Shown here: positions 21,971 through 34,806 of the stretch, piece after piece
Position numbering within the stretch: position 1 is the first letter of the stretch
How the letters are laid out: the number at the start of each line of letters is the position of its first letter
From: Lophium mytilinum
Taxonomy: Eukaryota
DNA: 64,000 nt
Direction of reading: 5' to 3'
NCBI GenBank assembly: GCA_010093605.1
Contig: MU004181.1
Location: 1,240,001-1,304,000, forward strand
Notes under the pieces: model-generated
The model's input: the letters and a program-made list of their open reading frames with translations, nothing else
Told to the model about the DNA's origin: nothing
The model's database searches: none
Program-made: the position numbers and the translations under genes

Positions 21971-23460
21971 CTAATTTGACTTGATCCAGAGATTCGCATG
22001 CTTGAATTCTCGTATCGGGATTCTGTACGGTTGGGTCGTTGATGGCCACCAGTACCCATACGCCTTTTTCACGCTCGAACAGCTCCATTGTGGTTCCGGC
22101 GAGTAGTCAAGATCGCAGTCCATTGTGCTGGCTTGGTACTTGTCATCTCCGATGTGCTTCCATATCTTATGCTTTTCGAGAAAGACGGTCATCGGTATAG
22201 GAACTCCTCCTTGCATAATACACCAAGCGCTGATGTCGACAGTGACCGTGATCATGCCCAGCGTGCTCTTCTTACGATCTCGCATTCGAGTTGCCAAAGC
22301 TTCCATAGCTAGGACTTCAATATCCGCATGAGGCACATCTATGGGTATGATGGGATCGTGAGGCCCTATGGGGTAATGACCCCAACGGTAGATGGGTTCG
22401 AAATTCATGATCAATTCACGTAAAGCAGGCATCGTCATGATGTGGTCGAGCATGCTAATCCAGCTGGCAAAGAGCCGAAGACCTCTGTCATAGAGGGTAT
22501 CATTCTCTGTCAAGCAGAGCTGCGCATATTTTGTCATGAACTGGGGATCAACCTCGTCCAGGTACTTTTCCTCGGTTTCATCAGGTACTCGAATGAAGTA
22601 TCGGGTCCTGCCGCAGCTTGCCCAGAGGGACTCGGCGGGCCCGTCGCTTGACGAAAGAGAGATCTCAAGGCGTTTTATCAGATCGAATGGAGTCGCTGAG
22701 AGTATGTCGTGGAATTTGCGTAGAGACATGCCGGTTTCGTGAAACTCTGCATTCAGAACTTGCAGTCTACCGCCCGACCTCCTCATCTTGAAAGTGTTGC
22801 GTTTGTAGAATATCTCCTCCGCTTCGGCTTTGATTTGTTTACAAGTACGGAGGATCCCTAAGTTTTTCATTCTTTCCGTATGCTTTTGGAAGGTGTTTGG
22901 TCGTGGTAATCCGCGAATGGTAGGATGATCGGCCTTAATGCTCTTTGTACGCACCAATACGAGGGTGTAGATCTCATCGCGAATTTCTCGGGGAAGACTA
23001 AGGAATGTGGTAGGCTTGTGAGCTGAGAGCTTAGTTCCAGGAAAACTGGAGGTTAGCTTGACGGCTTCCTCGACAAGCTGTCGGAGATTTAGGTTGATAT
23101 TTTCAGGATCATTGACAGTGTTGGGGTCAAGGTAGTCCAACGTGATGTCGCGCGCTTGGGCGAAGAGGTCAAAAAGTCTTTGATGACCCTCCTTACCACC
23201 AGATGACTCCGCATTGGCTGGCTGACTTGGATGCTGGCAGGTGACGGCGCGACTAGACAGCTGTAGTAGATGAGTGCTAAAGTCTTAACAGGCCGAAGAG
23301 GTTGGCTTACCGCAGGCATTCCACCGTCTACTTCCATTGCTTCTGGCCGTGTTGTTGTGTTAGTTCCGGTGTTGGTCATGACCACGAGTCTCTGGTAGTC
23401 TTCTATACCGTGCGTCATCTTTTTACTCTTCTTGCGGGGTTGATCAGGGTGGTCGGCCAT
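21971..23460 (-). CDS. Hypothetical protein with F-box-like motif, ~479 aa; exons 23460-23311, 23260-21971
   Basis: FLSLPREIRDEIYTLVL followed by ILRTCKQIKAEAEEIFYKRNTF is the common fungal F-box-like pattern. Intron GTAAGC..TACAG is phase 0. The 3' end may be spliced differently. Confidence 0.75.
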
Positions 23461-24409
23461 GATTATGGTGGCAAGTAAGTAGTTCGAGCGGGGTGGTCAA
23501 CGAGTCGCGTAGTGTCGCGTTTACAACATGAAACTTGGGGTCGAGGAGTGTCTACAGCATCACACAGTCCGTGCACTCGTTTCAGCTGGGCGTACAAAGG
23601 TACTAAAAGCTCACATGAGCTAGTTAGGATCGCTTTCAAGTGTCGTAAACTCAAGGTCTTTTTTCGTTCTACATATGTAGGTAGAAAGGAGCAAAGAGAA
23701 AGCGACACCTACAAGATGCACGTATCGAGCGTGAATATGCACGGCCTTAAGACATGATGAAGTAGTGAGCTAAAGATTAGTCGGGCTACTCTTCTCAGAG
23801 GTGTCTAGAGAGCAGGATTGGATCAAGAATAACAGATCTTGGTGTCACAGGTTTTCGAAGATACAAGGGCGATGTCGATTTTCGAACAGTGGACATCAGA
23901 CTGCCCCTTGTCTAGTTGGCTGCTCAGCAGCCAGGCTACTCCCTGCAGCGGTGTCGAGTGGGCAATACTGGAGCAAAGCACTGGTGATATGCGTGTGCAC
24001 GACTAATGGCTTAGTACTGTATGAAGATTATATCGAGGAACTTTACACAGTGGTACCTGAGTCTGCTGTACGTCCGTTCTACTGCAAGCTCGTTAGAATG
24101 ATGAGGAGATTCTTGTCTTGATACAACAATTGGTTCTTTTGCACTATTCAGTAAATGTCTTGTGCTTAGGCACTTGATCAAGCTGTGAAAACTCTCATCA
24201 CTCTGAATACGCGATCCACAAGGGCAAGACGGCCAACCAACGCTCATGCAGAACCGAAACTAAATCTTATGACCGCAAGACAGAATGAACGACGAAACCT
24301 TTCCTCAAACGAAAGGATAAAGGAATAACACATAAAAGCAAAACCCGCTGCTTACACACCCTTCATCCTAATATGAACTGTCAAGCACGCCACTCTACTC
24401 TTCCAGAGC

Positions 24410-26641
24410 CTAGAAGATCGGTGCAGGTTTCCCATATATGCACATCTTCTGGAGCTTCGCCTTTGTAGCCATCGCGGATTCGGGATCCCCCATGTGATGA
24501 AGTTTCATGACCATGGAAATGATTTCTTGCTGATCGTCTAACCGAGTATCCTTCTGCTCATCCGCAGAAGGGCGCTTTTCCTTCTTCCACTCTGGATCCA
24601 GTCTGCGCATCTCCTTCTTGAAAGTCTGGCCATCTGCTTTCTGGGTTTTGGTGTCGACCTCACATGATGCAGTCTGTGCGATAAGAGTAGGCAGCATGAA
24701 GCGTTCTCTTTTGCGCACGAAAGGTAGGGTTGTGAGTTGTTCCCAGTCTAGCAACGCCGTGACAGCTCCGTTCTCGTCCACCAGCAAGTTCTCGTCGTTG
24801 ATGTCCCAGTGACGAAGGTAGGTGGAATTGGGCTCTAGCTTCTCGTTCTTGAACACAAGCGGGATAAGGCGGGAGATCTCGAGGCCGATCTGGATTGCAT
24901 TATCCAGATTCTTGTTGTTTTCGGAAGCGCATTGCGGTGTCGCTGGTTCTTCTTCGTCTGATGTTTGGCAATGCTCTTCCCACGTCAAGTTCTCCTCAGG
25001 TTCAACACCAAAGATGTCTGTTTCCGCCTTGACGAAATCTCGAACCTCACGGGCAAGGTATGCCACGTATTTGTGATCAGATACCAGCATGTCTAGCTCT
25101 AGGAATCTGTCTTCAGCGCAGAGGTTCTCGTGGTTATATAGGTTGCGCCAGAGGATCCTGGTAATGTTCAAATCGTTGTTGGGCGACTTTTCTTCCCTGT
25201 TGATCTCCCTCACGACCCTCTTCTTGCGCTCTTTAAGATCGTACTCTTGCTCGTATTGCCGACGCTCTTTCTCATCCACTTTTACTCTGTTATCCGTAGC
25301 TGCCATTCTGACGTTCAGCTGCCGAGCTTCCGCTCGACTAGAACCGGATAGATCCCTCATTTGGGCGGTGAGCAATGCGGACGCGTAATCTCCTGTGCTG
25401 TCGTACGGGCCCATGGATACAGAATCGTTGCATTCGGTTTGCGCTTTGAAAATGTGTTGGTCTACGACCGGTCCAAGCTTATACGTGAGATAGCCATCCT
25501 TTGTGGAGTCCCACTGTCTGTATATGCTGCCAATCTGATTGAACATAAGTCCTTCCAGCTCGTGAACCCAACCAGCAAGCCTTTTGAGAACGCATCGCAC
25601 TTTGGGGGCCTTGAGATGACGTTGTGCTGTTTTCCATTGTTCGCCGGGGGCTTTCTGCATGAAAATCCATTCGAGTCCAAGAGCATTGTTCCTCATATCT
25701 GAGTCAAAAGCATATACCTCGGGAATGGGTATGCTTGTATGCTCTCGCACGTATTCCATCGTGGCCACTTCACTCTGCGTCTTGAACCAAGGCATTACTG
25801 GCTTCGCGACTCGAAAGATGGCCTCGTGTGTGTTGCCAGCTGCGTCCTTTGACGAAGCAGTATACGCGCGGTTCCAACTACCCTCGCTCAGGTATTTGAC
25901 CTCGAACTTCTTCGTGCTAATTCCGGCCAGATGAAGATACGGACGCACGATGTTCCTGATCTTCTGGATGTCCTTCTGAGGTATAAGATCCTTCCATACA
26001 GCGCGCCAACGGTCTGACGACGACAGCACCCATGCTATCTTGGCCTTCTGGAGCACTCCAGGGTTTGACGGAGGCCCGGTATGAGAGACACATATTGGGA
26101 CACGGTTCTGCTTCACATTGGAGAGGAGAGAGGAGCTTGGAGAGCTTTGCGCTTCGGGTGAGTGTTTCAGGGCTGCCTCGATGCCATATGCGGAGGCGGG
26201 AGATGCACTAGTATTTGGTGATGATTTACGGTCCACGCTGGTCGACCCTGTAGTTACTGCACCGGTCTTAGACTCGGAGGAGGTGACTTCTTCCTCTACG
26301 CCCAACATCTCCACCTCCTTTCCATCTTTCTGGAGTGTGTGTTGCGTGGCTTGGAGGCCTTGCGTCTTTGCGTTGGAGGTGGAAGGAACGGACTGCTTTG
26401 CGCGCGATGTCGAGGCCCGTTTCCATTTGTCTATCATCGCTTTGAGGTTTCTAGCATCCCCATTGGGGTATGATCTAAGTCGAAGGGACGGCGGCGGTTC
26501 GCTGGCAGTCTGTCTGGCCTTGCGGAAGGCCTCCTGAACCATCGACTGGGGCTCTGGGGAGGTCTTTATGCGCTTTGGATTTGAACCCAGCTGCTGTTTG
26601 TTGTTGACGAAGGCGTCGAGATTGCGCTTCGTGGAAGGCAT
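24410..26641 (-). CDS. Aminoglycoside phosphotransferase (APH)/protein-kinase-like family protein, ~743 aa, copy 1
   Basis: YLSEGSWNRAY, FKTQSEVATMEYVREHTSIPIPEVYAFDS, LEWIFMQKAPG, catalytic HWDINDENLLV and LLDWEQ. Likely ATG at 26641 (MPSTKR). Confidence 0.88.
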   Translation of the reverse strand: MPSTKRNLDAFVNNKQQLGSNPKRIKTSPEPQSMVQEAFRKARQTASEPPPSLRLRSYPNGDARNLKAMIDKWKRASTSRAKQSVPSTSNAKTQGLQATQHTLQKDGKEVEMLGVEEEVTSSESKTGAVTTGSTSVDRKSSPNTSASPASAYGIEAALKHSPEAQSSPSSSLLSNVKQNRVPICVSHTGPPSNPGVLQKAKIAWVLSSSDRWRAVWKDLIPQKDIQKIRNIVRPYLHLAGISTKKFEVKYLSEGSWNRAYTASSKDAAGNTHEAIFRVAKPVMPWFKTQSEVATMEYVREHTSIPIPEVYAFDSDMRNNALGLEWIFMQKAPGEQWKTAQRHLKAPKVRCVLKRLAGWVHELEGLMFNQIGSIYRQWDSTKDGYLTYKLGPVVDQHIFKAQTECNDSVSMGPYDSTGDYASALLTAQMRDLSGSSRAEARQLNVRMAATDNRVKVDEKERRQYEQEYDLKERKKRVVREINREEKSPNNDLNITRILWRNLYNHENLCAEDRFLELDMLVSDHKYVAYLAREVRDFVKAETDIFGVEPEENLTWEEHCQTSDEEEPATPQCASENNKNLDNAIQIGLEISRLIPLVFKNEKLEPNSTYLRHWDINDENLLVDENGAVTALLDWEQLTTLPFVRKRERFMLPTLIAQTASCEVDTKTQKADGQTFKKEMRRLDPEWKKEKRPSADEQKDTRLDDQQEIISMVMKLHHMGDPESAMATKAKLQKMCIYGKPAPIF

Positions 26642-27226
26642 TTTGGAGAGGGAGAGAGAATTTAACGATGTATGTGAGTTTATTGCTTTAGTGGGCACAG
26701 GATGGGAGCACTGCGAGAGGTGGTGAGGATGCTGTTCGGTGAGTGTAAGAAGTGGGAGAATTGGTGGCTCACAACAAGCTATGTCGATTCTGGAGGTCCT
26801 GGCGCTTGGCGACGCCAAGACGCTGATTTTGGTGAATGATCCATGGGCGAGTGCCCGCTACCAAGGAACCCACCCAGGGCACCTCAGACGGTCTCATCCG
26901 GTGACCAAAGCGAATGGCTAGGAGTCGCGATACCGGCTTGGTAGCTTTAGACTTAAAATTATATGCTGATTTGAGACAGTCACAGTCAAGAAGCAGGCGC
27001 TATGATGCGCATTTGAAAGCCACCTTGCACCTTTTTTGATTTGGGTAAAAGAAACTGATGGAAGGGAGTAATATGAAAGCCTCCCAGAATCTGTTAGACA
27101 TGGAAACAGAATCCACAGCATGCTTGCCGCTCGCTGAACCTACCCAGACCACACAAACGCTCAGAAGCAGGCTGTTTAGCAGCGAAGCGGAGCAAACAAC
27201 CCACCACACTTCGTGCTCCCATCCCT

Positions 27227-29337
27227 TTAGTCGAAGCTAATAGCCTTTTCTCCCACAGGCGTGCTAAAGTACTCCACCCCGTAGAACTTACACAGCTCTT
27301 CAACATCTGCCCTCACCTCATTTGACCAACACTTCGTTCCCACACCCTCGATCAACCTCAAAAGCCGGTTCAGGTCCTCTTCTCGTCTCTGACCCGCCTC
27401 GTCAAGTCTGGTAGGCCATGCTGCATTCAACTTTCTCCTCCGAGAGCCGTAAAACCTCCTACAGTGCTGGTACCAGTTGTCGTCGGTCTCTCCGTGTCGT
27501 TCTATAACGGGCGGCATGTCATTGCCCATTACGAAGGGCTTGGTGATTAGCTGCTCCCAGTCAAGAAGCATCACTTCTTTTGTATCTTCCTTGACCATTA
27601 TGTTCCGCCCCGATATATCCCAATGATCAAGCCAGGTAGACTTGTGCGCGAGGGGCTCATGGCCGCACACCAGTGGGATAAGTATTTTCAACCGTTCAGC
27701 CATACGGTGATGGTGCTCAGCCTCGAGCTTCAGGGCGCTCTTGAAATCAGACAACGCGTCGCGCTTGTCGGTGTAGGTGGTCGCAAGCCGGATCCCGACA
27801 GCAATTTCTTGCATGACATGATCCCCGATTGCTTTGACGATGCGTGGCATCAATTTAGCGTACCCGCGTCTCAAGCACTGAAGCTCAGCAAGTCGGGTCC
27901 GGGGATCCATTTGGTCGGTGTTGAAGAGAAGGCTGTGCAATCGCTGTTTCGCCTCTGCATGTCGGCCGCGGCGTCGTCCACGGAGGAGTAGAGCAACTTC
28001 CGTCCTCTGGCTTTCAAATGCCGTTCTCTGGCCTAGGATAGTATGAATGCGTGCATCAAACCGATCGGCTAGGGCCTTCTTCTTAGCCTTCGTGGTGACG
28101 TCGTTGCCAACATCCGCCTCCTTTGCTTCAAGGAGACTAGCATACCAATCTCTCATCGAAAGGAACGGTCCGTATGTGTTGGGAAGGCCGAGACCCCTAT
28201 CGGCTGTGAACCGGGCTTGGATGACGCCGGGACCAATGCAGTAGTCGAGGTAATTGTCGGCAGTGGGGTCCCATTCTCTATAAATGCTCCCAATCATGTC
28301 AAAGGCACGGCCTTGCAGCTCATGGGTCCACTCTGCTACCTTGCGGTAAATTCCATCTTGGTCCTCTTCCGGCGAAAAATCTTCTTTGATCTGCTCGTAC
28401 TCTTGTCCCTCAGCCATCTCCATCAAGATCCATTCGAGTTGGAGGGCGTTGTCCGTGGAAGAGTCGAAAGCGAAAACCTTTGGTACTGGGACCTTGGTGT
28501 GCTCTCGGATATACGTCATCGTGGCTACCTCGCTTTGAGTCTTATACCAAGGCATTATGGGCTTCGGAATCTTGAGGACGGCGTTGTGAGTGAATCCATC
28601 CTCCGTAGACCAGACCTTGAAAGCAGCATTCCAGGTTCCCTCGTTAAGATACTCGACCTGAAAAGTATCTTTATCAATACCAGCAAGACTGACATAAGGT
28701 CCAATGGTTGTTTTCATTTTTGCGACGGAGAGCTTCTTGATGTTGAATGCCCAGGGCGCATAATGTGCCTCCCATTGCGGATCCCATTCCCATTTGATGA
28801 CCCTTTTCTGCTTCGCCGCCCATTCCCACGTCGGCTGGGTGATTGACACGCAAACTGGTATCTGATCGGGAGGGACTCGAATTGAGGTTGTTTGGAATGA
28901 CTACAAGTTGTCAGTGTTAGGCGCAGATAGTCAAAGCAAACCAGCCGATATGAACTTACGCCAGACAAGAGGCTGGATGCTGCGCTAGAAGTAGCGCTGG
29001 CGGTGCGAGAGAAGATGGATGGACCATCATATGAGACAGGCGTTTGTATCTGGCGCACGTTGGCCATTTGCACATCATCCTCGTTTCTAGAGTCGGCGTG
29101 GCCATCGCATGCGACTGGGGGATTGGAAAGTGTGTCCTGGGCCTGACCCGCGGTCTCTTTCTTGTGCGTTTCGCCGATATGTAGAATTCGCGCGGCATAC
29201 TTTCGAATAACGTCGCCTACACGCGACCTCATGCACCGCCTCGGCGTAGGTGTGTAGAAGGGAATGGCAGACATCTCGAAAGGGTGGTTTGCGGTGGCTG
29301 TGAGATCGGCTCTCTGGTGGCGCTTTGTGCTAGGCAT
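27227..29337 (-). CDS. APH/protein-kinase-like family protein, ~683 aa, copy 2; exons 29337-28960, 28900-27227
   Basis: YLNEGTWNAAF, YKTQSEVATMTYIREHTKVPVPKVFAFDS, LEWILMEMAEG, HWDISGRNIMV and LLDWEQ. Intron GTAAGT..CTAAC..TAG joins the MPSTKR exon in frame. Confidence 0.88.
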
Positions 29338-30285
29338 GACTGCGACAGGATACAAATCAGAGCGCTTAGGCTTAGAGTGTGCTTGGGGTGTGAAGGAGTC
29401 GAGGTATCTTTGTTGGTGTAGAGAAGCTGGAAAGGAACGCTCGAAGGTGGAGAGAAATGAAGCGGGTTGACGGCCTTGATGTGATGTCAAACGCCGGTGA
29501 ATCTTTTCTCCCACACCTAGCATCTAAAGGGGTGGCTATGGTGAATAAAGTCGACACTCAGCCCGCGAGGGTGTTTAGCAATCTCTAATCTAAGTACCAT
29601 GAGCAACCTCACAATGTAAGGTTCCGGACCCTCCAAATTAGGCACGCGTACTCCCAAGATATGAGAGCATGATTCAGGGCTCTTGGGGTGTAGTTTTGGG
29701 GGTCTATGCAGCTTAGTAAGATCCCCCTGGCATGTTGACCTATAGCAAACTTACAAACTCAAATTTTAGACTGTTCAAATCAGACCCTGGGTACTGGATC
29801 AATATGTCGGCCCAAACATGCTCCATCCTCCACAACTAGACGATAGTAGTACGAGAAGCTCCTTGACTTCGTCAGCGGTGTCCCTAGCAGTATAGTATAT
29901 TTCGAGGGTCATCAAGCAATCGAAACCCCTCGTCAGTAGACACCACACGAGAACCAGAATCGAAGAAAGCGGTGGTTGTACGACTTATGGACCTGAGTAG
30001 AAGAGCTGATGCGTGTAAAACGGATTGTTTCTACAAACCTATACGCTTATCATACCCACCTTGAAACCCAACATACCTATGCAGGCAGGACATATCTTGC
30101 GATGATTTTCCGGACCTTCAGATTCTAGACACACGCTCACAGGTTTGACGCTAGTGTACACGCACTGAGATACATAAAGCATGCCCACCCGCTAGTCGTT
30201 GTGACCGATGCATGCCATACTGGTTTTCCCCAAACGCCAAAATGAACGCAAAAAAGGGATAGGACCATGCTATTTTTGACATGCC

Positions 30286-32328
30286 TTAGGGCTCTCCGCC
30301 CCATTCGTCCCACTCCTCCGTCTTCCTTTGCTTGCTCGACGATCTCGATGTCCTCTTCCCCTTCGGCGGTGGTTTTAGAAAATCTTCTGGAATGTCGTTC
30401 CAATTCTTCTGACTCTCCGAGCTTTGACCTCTTCTCGCACTCAATGCTTGCTCTTCATCGCTCGAGACTTCATAGCCGTCCTCATCCTCCACATAACCGT
30501 ACTGATCCGCCTTCCTTCTATCTCGATCGAAGGTCTGGAGCTGCATGTCGCCATCAGCATACATGCCCCTCTCTCGCCCAAGAATCTGATCAGCTTTCCC
30601 TGGGCTCCGGCGACCAGACATGGGAACCATGGCAACGCCATTTGAGGTGGTGAGGTAGCGATTCTCGTGTTCGTCGTTGTTGATTCTCGGGCTTTGCCAT
30701 TCTGGTCGTCTTGAAGGACGAGTCTGAGGCGAGGGATTGTTCCCGGCCGTGTACGGGCCGTTGCCATTCCGCATCATCTCCGCCTCGGTCGGTGAGTCTA
30801 CGCCCCACCCAGCCGCGCGTTCCCTTTCTTTCTGTATCCGGGCTTGCGTCTCGCGCTCTATACGTATCTGCTCGCGGGCAGCGAGCCATTTGGGACTTGG
30901 CTCCCAAGACCACCCATCGCCGATAGTGTTACATATCGGGAAAACCCATAATAGCGGAGAGGGTCCAAAAACATGCTTGAGGTTACGACGCCAGCCAAGG
31001 TCGAAGGCGCCAGGGAGGCTGTCACTGTCCTTCTCTTCTAGATAGGCATCGTAGCGCTCAATATCGCGTTGACGCTCACGGTTTTCGTACGAGTGGGGGT
31101 TTCCGTACCCGCCATGGGAGTAGCCATTGCTCATGGAACTGGGATTCGGACTTGGAGAGCGTGACATGGATCGAGCTGGTGATGATTCGCCCTCCTCTGG
31201 TCTGGTGATACCAGGAAGCGAATTGGCGTGGATCTCGCGGAGCTGATCACTGATGCTCGGACGCCCATTCGCCTCAGGATCTAGGTAGTTCCGGTTGTTC
31301 AGCTGTTGGCGCATTTGCCGGCGCAATGGGGAGAGATAGCGTGTCTTCTCGAGACTCTCAATAGTTGTTTGCCCTTTCATAGCTAGGTAGAGATGCCACA
31401 AGGTAAAGCCTGTCATGACTAGTCCTATTATACCGGAGATAACAGCAAGGAGAACGGTATTGACGGGCATCAAAGTTTCGGTGTATTGGCTTTCGCTGAG
31501 AACCTCACTCCACACCCAGGATGCTGATGTTGCAAAGCACACCCAGCAGAAAAAGGACAGATATACAAGGAAAAGTACGAAGTGTTTATAGTTCCGAAGC
31601 CCTACGCAGGTCGCCAACCAAGGACAGTGATGGTCCATTTTCAAGACACATCGTCCACAAGTCGAGCAGTGGTGTGCGCGGTCCGGCTTCTTGGATTGGC
31701 ATTTCTTGCAGTATCTGATGTCGCCGGTTGACTTCACGGTGTATGATGTATAAGCGATGGTGTCTTGGGTCGGAAGGTGGCTGTAGCCATTGTTCAGGTT
31801 TAGAGGCGATCCTGGGTCCGTGAAGACGGCGGCCGTGTAGCTCCAGTTGAGGAGAATGTAGAGGACGACGCTGAGGGCAGAGGTGCTCTTGCCTATTGCG
31901 CAGACATTAGCTTCAGCGTTCACGGACTGATGATCGTCATGTTGGATCTAGACAAGAGAACTTAGGGGCTACCTAGGCAGGGTTCACAGCTAAGAACAGC
32001 CCAGGTACCTTCTTGAGGTTTCTCAGGCTCTTGCAGCGTGTGTTCTGGGCCTCGGTAGACGTGTCGCCGAAGGTTCTGGTGCAACATGTACTCCTGAGAG
32101 GCGCAGCGACGAAGAATGTGGTGTTTTACCTGTCCAAGCATGCCGCACAGGTTCAAAGCCTATTCCGGCAGCAACCCATACCGCCCAGGAGGTCAGGCCA
32201 TAGACGAAAGCAAGCGGGAAGTATGTAAAGACGCTCCAGCAATAGCGCTCAACGCGGCGGACGCAGCCCTTGCGTCGCATGGTAAGGGATGGCGAGGAGG
32301 GCGGAGAAGGCGAGCTCAGCGTGGCCAT
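30286..32328 (-). CDS. PFA3: DHHC palmitoyltransferase Pfa3, ~601 aa; exons 32328-32130, 31892-30286
   Basis: TYFPLAFVYGLTSWAVWV TM1, CKKCQSKKPDRAHHCSTCGRCVLKMDHHCPWLATCVGLRNYK, QTTIESLE and FDLGWRRNL. Confidence 0.92.
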
Positions 32329-33309
32329 TGGGCACGGCACCGGCTCACGCGTTGAGGGCAACAGCGAAACCGATATCCATCAATAGAGTGGGCAAAGATG
32401 CGCCGTGCAGTGGAGTTCCAACGAGCGACTGGGATCGCCACGGGGGGATGGCGGAGGGTCCACGGGTCCGTTTCAGGAAGACAAGGCGGCCGCGGCAGCA
32501 CGCAGGATAGCTGGCGGGAAAGAATGGAGAATGCCAACGCGGGCGGCCGGTGCTCGCGATACTAATGAGGCCACCTTGGGCGTGGTGGAGGTGGGTAAGG
32601 AGGTGGGCGTCAGCGGACTCGTGTGCAACTCCACACCAAGAGCACTGCGGTCGCGATGCGGAGCTAAGTCAGGGCAGTTGAAGCACGTGACGTTCAACGA
32701 CAATTATCCACCTTCCCTGCGAATACTGCACTACCGTTTGTATGATCGACCCGGCTGGCGACGACTCCACCGCCACCACTGGCCAGCAACGCCCACGCGC
32801 TCAGGGTCATGACGGAAAGCTTACTCGAGGCAGCCAAGGGGCTCAGAGCATCCATCGTGAGTCCTGCCTGCGTCCTGGTGCACCCTCGGGCCAGGGAGCG
32901 TCAGGAGACAATCCCCGACGTGTCTCGTTACAGCCAGTGGTAGACGCCGTGCCTGCAATCCCCACGGGCCTCGCAGAATTGATGAAACGGCTGTCGTGTA
33001 ACAGGCAGGTTGCTGGCCGATGAGGCCCGCAGAGGACGTACAAATTGCCATGTCCCACACAACACCCGTTTGTGGCCGACAATCTTGTCCCTGCCCGCTC
33101 ATTGCACAGACGTCGCCTGCCGTTCTTCATCTGCGCTCGTAGGAAAGCTGTGGGCCCATGACCGCAGGCTGCTACAAAGAGCAAAGACTCCTCTTTTGTT
33201 GTTTCTTCGGCCTTCTTGCTAGACCTGCTGTACCACTCACACACTGCTCCTCCATCTCCAAACTCTCTCAGCGAGCGATGCGAAATCCGACTGCGGACCA
33301 TCGCCAGCC

Positions 33310-34806
33310 ATGCTTGCTCCACGCAGAAGTCCCTCCAACCTGCTCATAGCTTTCTTTCTCCTAGCCTCGGTGCTCTTCTACTACCGCCACAGCGCCCGCG
33401 ACCTGTATACCCATCTGCCCTCGTTCGCTCGTCCTCTATCCGTTGCTGAGAATGCACCTTCAAACACCACATTAGGCTTTGGCGCCGTCGTAGTAGTGTC
33501 CAAGACTGGGTCTGACCGCCAGCCCGGCCTTCTCCAAGCCGCCAACGTCACGGGCATCGACCTCACCATCCCTTCGCAGCCCGCGTGGAGCGAAGACGAC
33601 ATCAACAAGTTCCGCGAGGGTAGGGACTCCGATATCACCGTCGGCTCTATCTACGCTTGGCTGGGCCATAACAATGCCCTTCAATGGTAATTCTTTTTGT
33701 ATTACCTCGCCCACGCAGTTCCGAGACAAACTATTCTTTCATCCATCTATACACATGGCAATGTCTCATTAATCGTTATCAGGTTTCTAAAGTCTGGTCT
33801 TGAAACAGCGCTGATCCTGGAAGATGATGTCGACTGGGACATCCAATTGCGCTCTCTGCAAGTCCCCCTGGCTGCCAATGCAGCACGCTCTATGCTATCG
33901 CCTTCGAGGTACTTGTCTAGGTTCAAAGTAGATCCTACCCAGTACTGGGGTGATACCTCCGCCTGGGACCTGCTATATCTCGGCCACTGCGGCGATTATT
34001 TCACCGCTGTTGATCACGGTGTTGGCCGCGGACATCAATACAAAGAGAACTTAACCTCGATCCCGCATAAAATCTTCAAAGACCCGTCCTTACCTGCGCG
34101 ACGAGAGCTCCACCCGTACACGGCCGCTCTATTTGATGTGTTCGAGCTCCCAGAGCAGACGCGCGCCTTCCACCGCTCCAAATTTCCGCTTTGCACCTTT
34201 GGCTACGCCATCACACGGGCCGCAGCCGAGCATCTCGTGAACGACTTGGCGCCAATCGCGAAACCAAAGACAAGTAAGAGCAAGGGTTCTCACGCCTACG
34301 ACGTGTCAATTCTCAAAGCATGCCGTAATGGCTTCGACACACCTTCTCCCACGCCTGAAAACAACCCACATCCGCACCCAGATCCCAAACTTCGCCACAA
34401 GTATGCCAGTCCCGGTCTTCGATGCTGGACACTGAATTCCGAGATTTTCCACCACATGCCCGGTGGTAGCATGATTGCACAGGTTGAAGCACAGAAGAAT
34501 CATTTTGTAGGCATTCCGCCCGTCGATCAAGTAGGAGCAGAGCAGGTGGTGCAGAGGGGGGAGACGAGCAACATTGGCTGTGGATTTTGGAGAGGCGCGT
34601 TCCGTTTTGAGGACGGTGACCAGAAAAGACTCACTTATTTACAAGAAGAAGTTGGCCGCAAGGGGAGATGTCTGAAGGAGGGCCGAGAACTGCCTAAGTC
34701 ATTGAACGAGAACAACAATGGTTCAGGAAAGGAGGGAGCGGATCATCCAAAGGAAGAGAAGAAACCCTCCGGGTCGACAGATCCAGCCGACCGGTTTACA
34801 TCTTGA
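33310..34806 (+). CDS. Glycosyltransferase family 25-like type II membrane protein, ~466 aa; exons 33310-33686, 33783-34806
   Basis: N-terminal TM anchor, N.TLGFGAVVVVS, GSIYAWLGH, ETALILEDDVDWDI, WDLLYLGHCG and PLCTFGYAIT motifs. Confidence 0.85.

Noticed and set aside
21708..22088. 126-aa ORF overlapping the end of the F-box-like gene
   Set aside because: No recognisable domain and no clear splice path; cannot be called a gene or a frameshifted exon from sequence alone.
31893..32129. TPP riboswitch in the PFA3 intron (CTGAGA and TGAACC present)
   Set aside because: The conserved TGAT..GATAAT.C..GCG core is missing, and the host gene is unrelated to thiamine.
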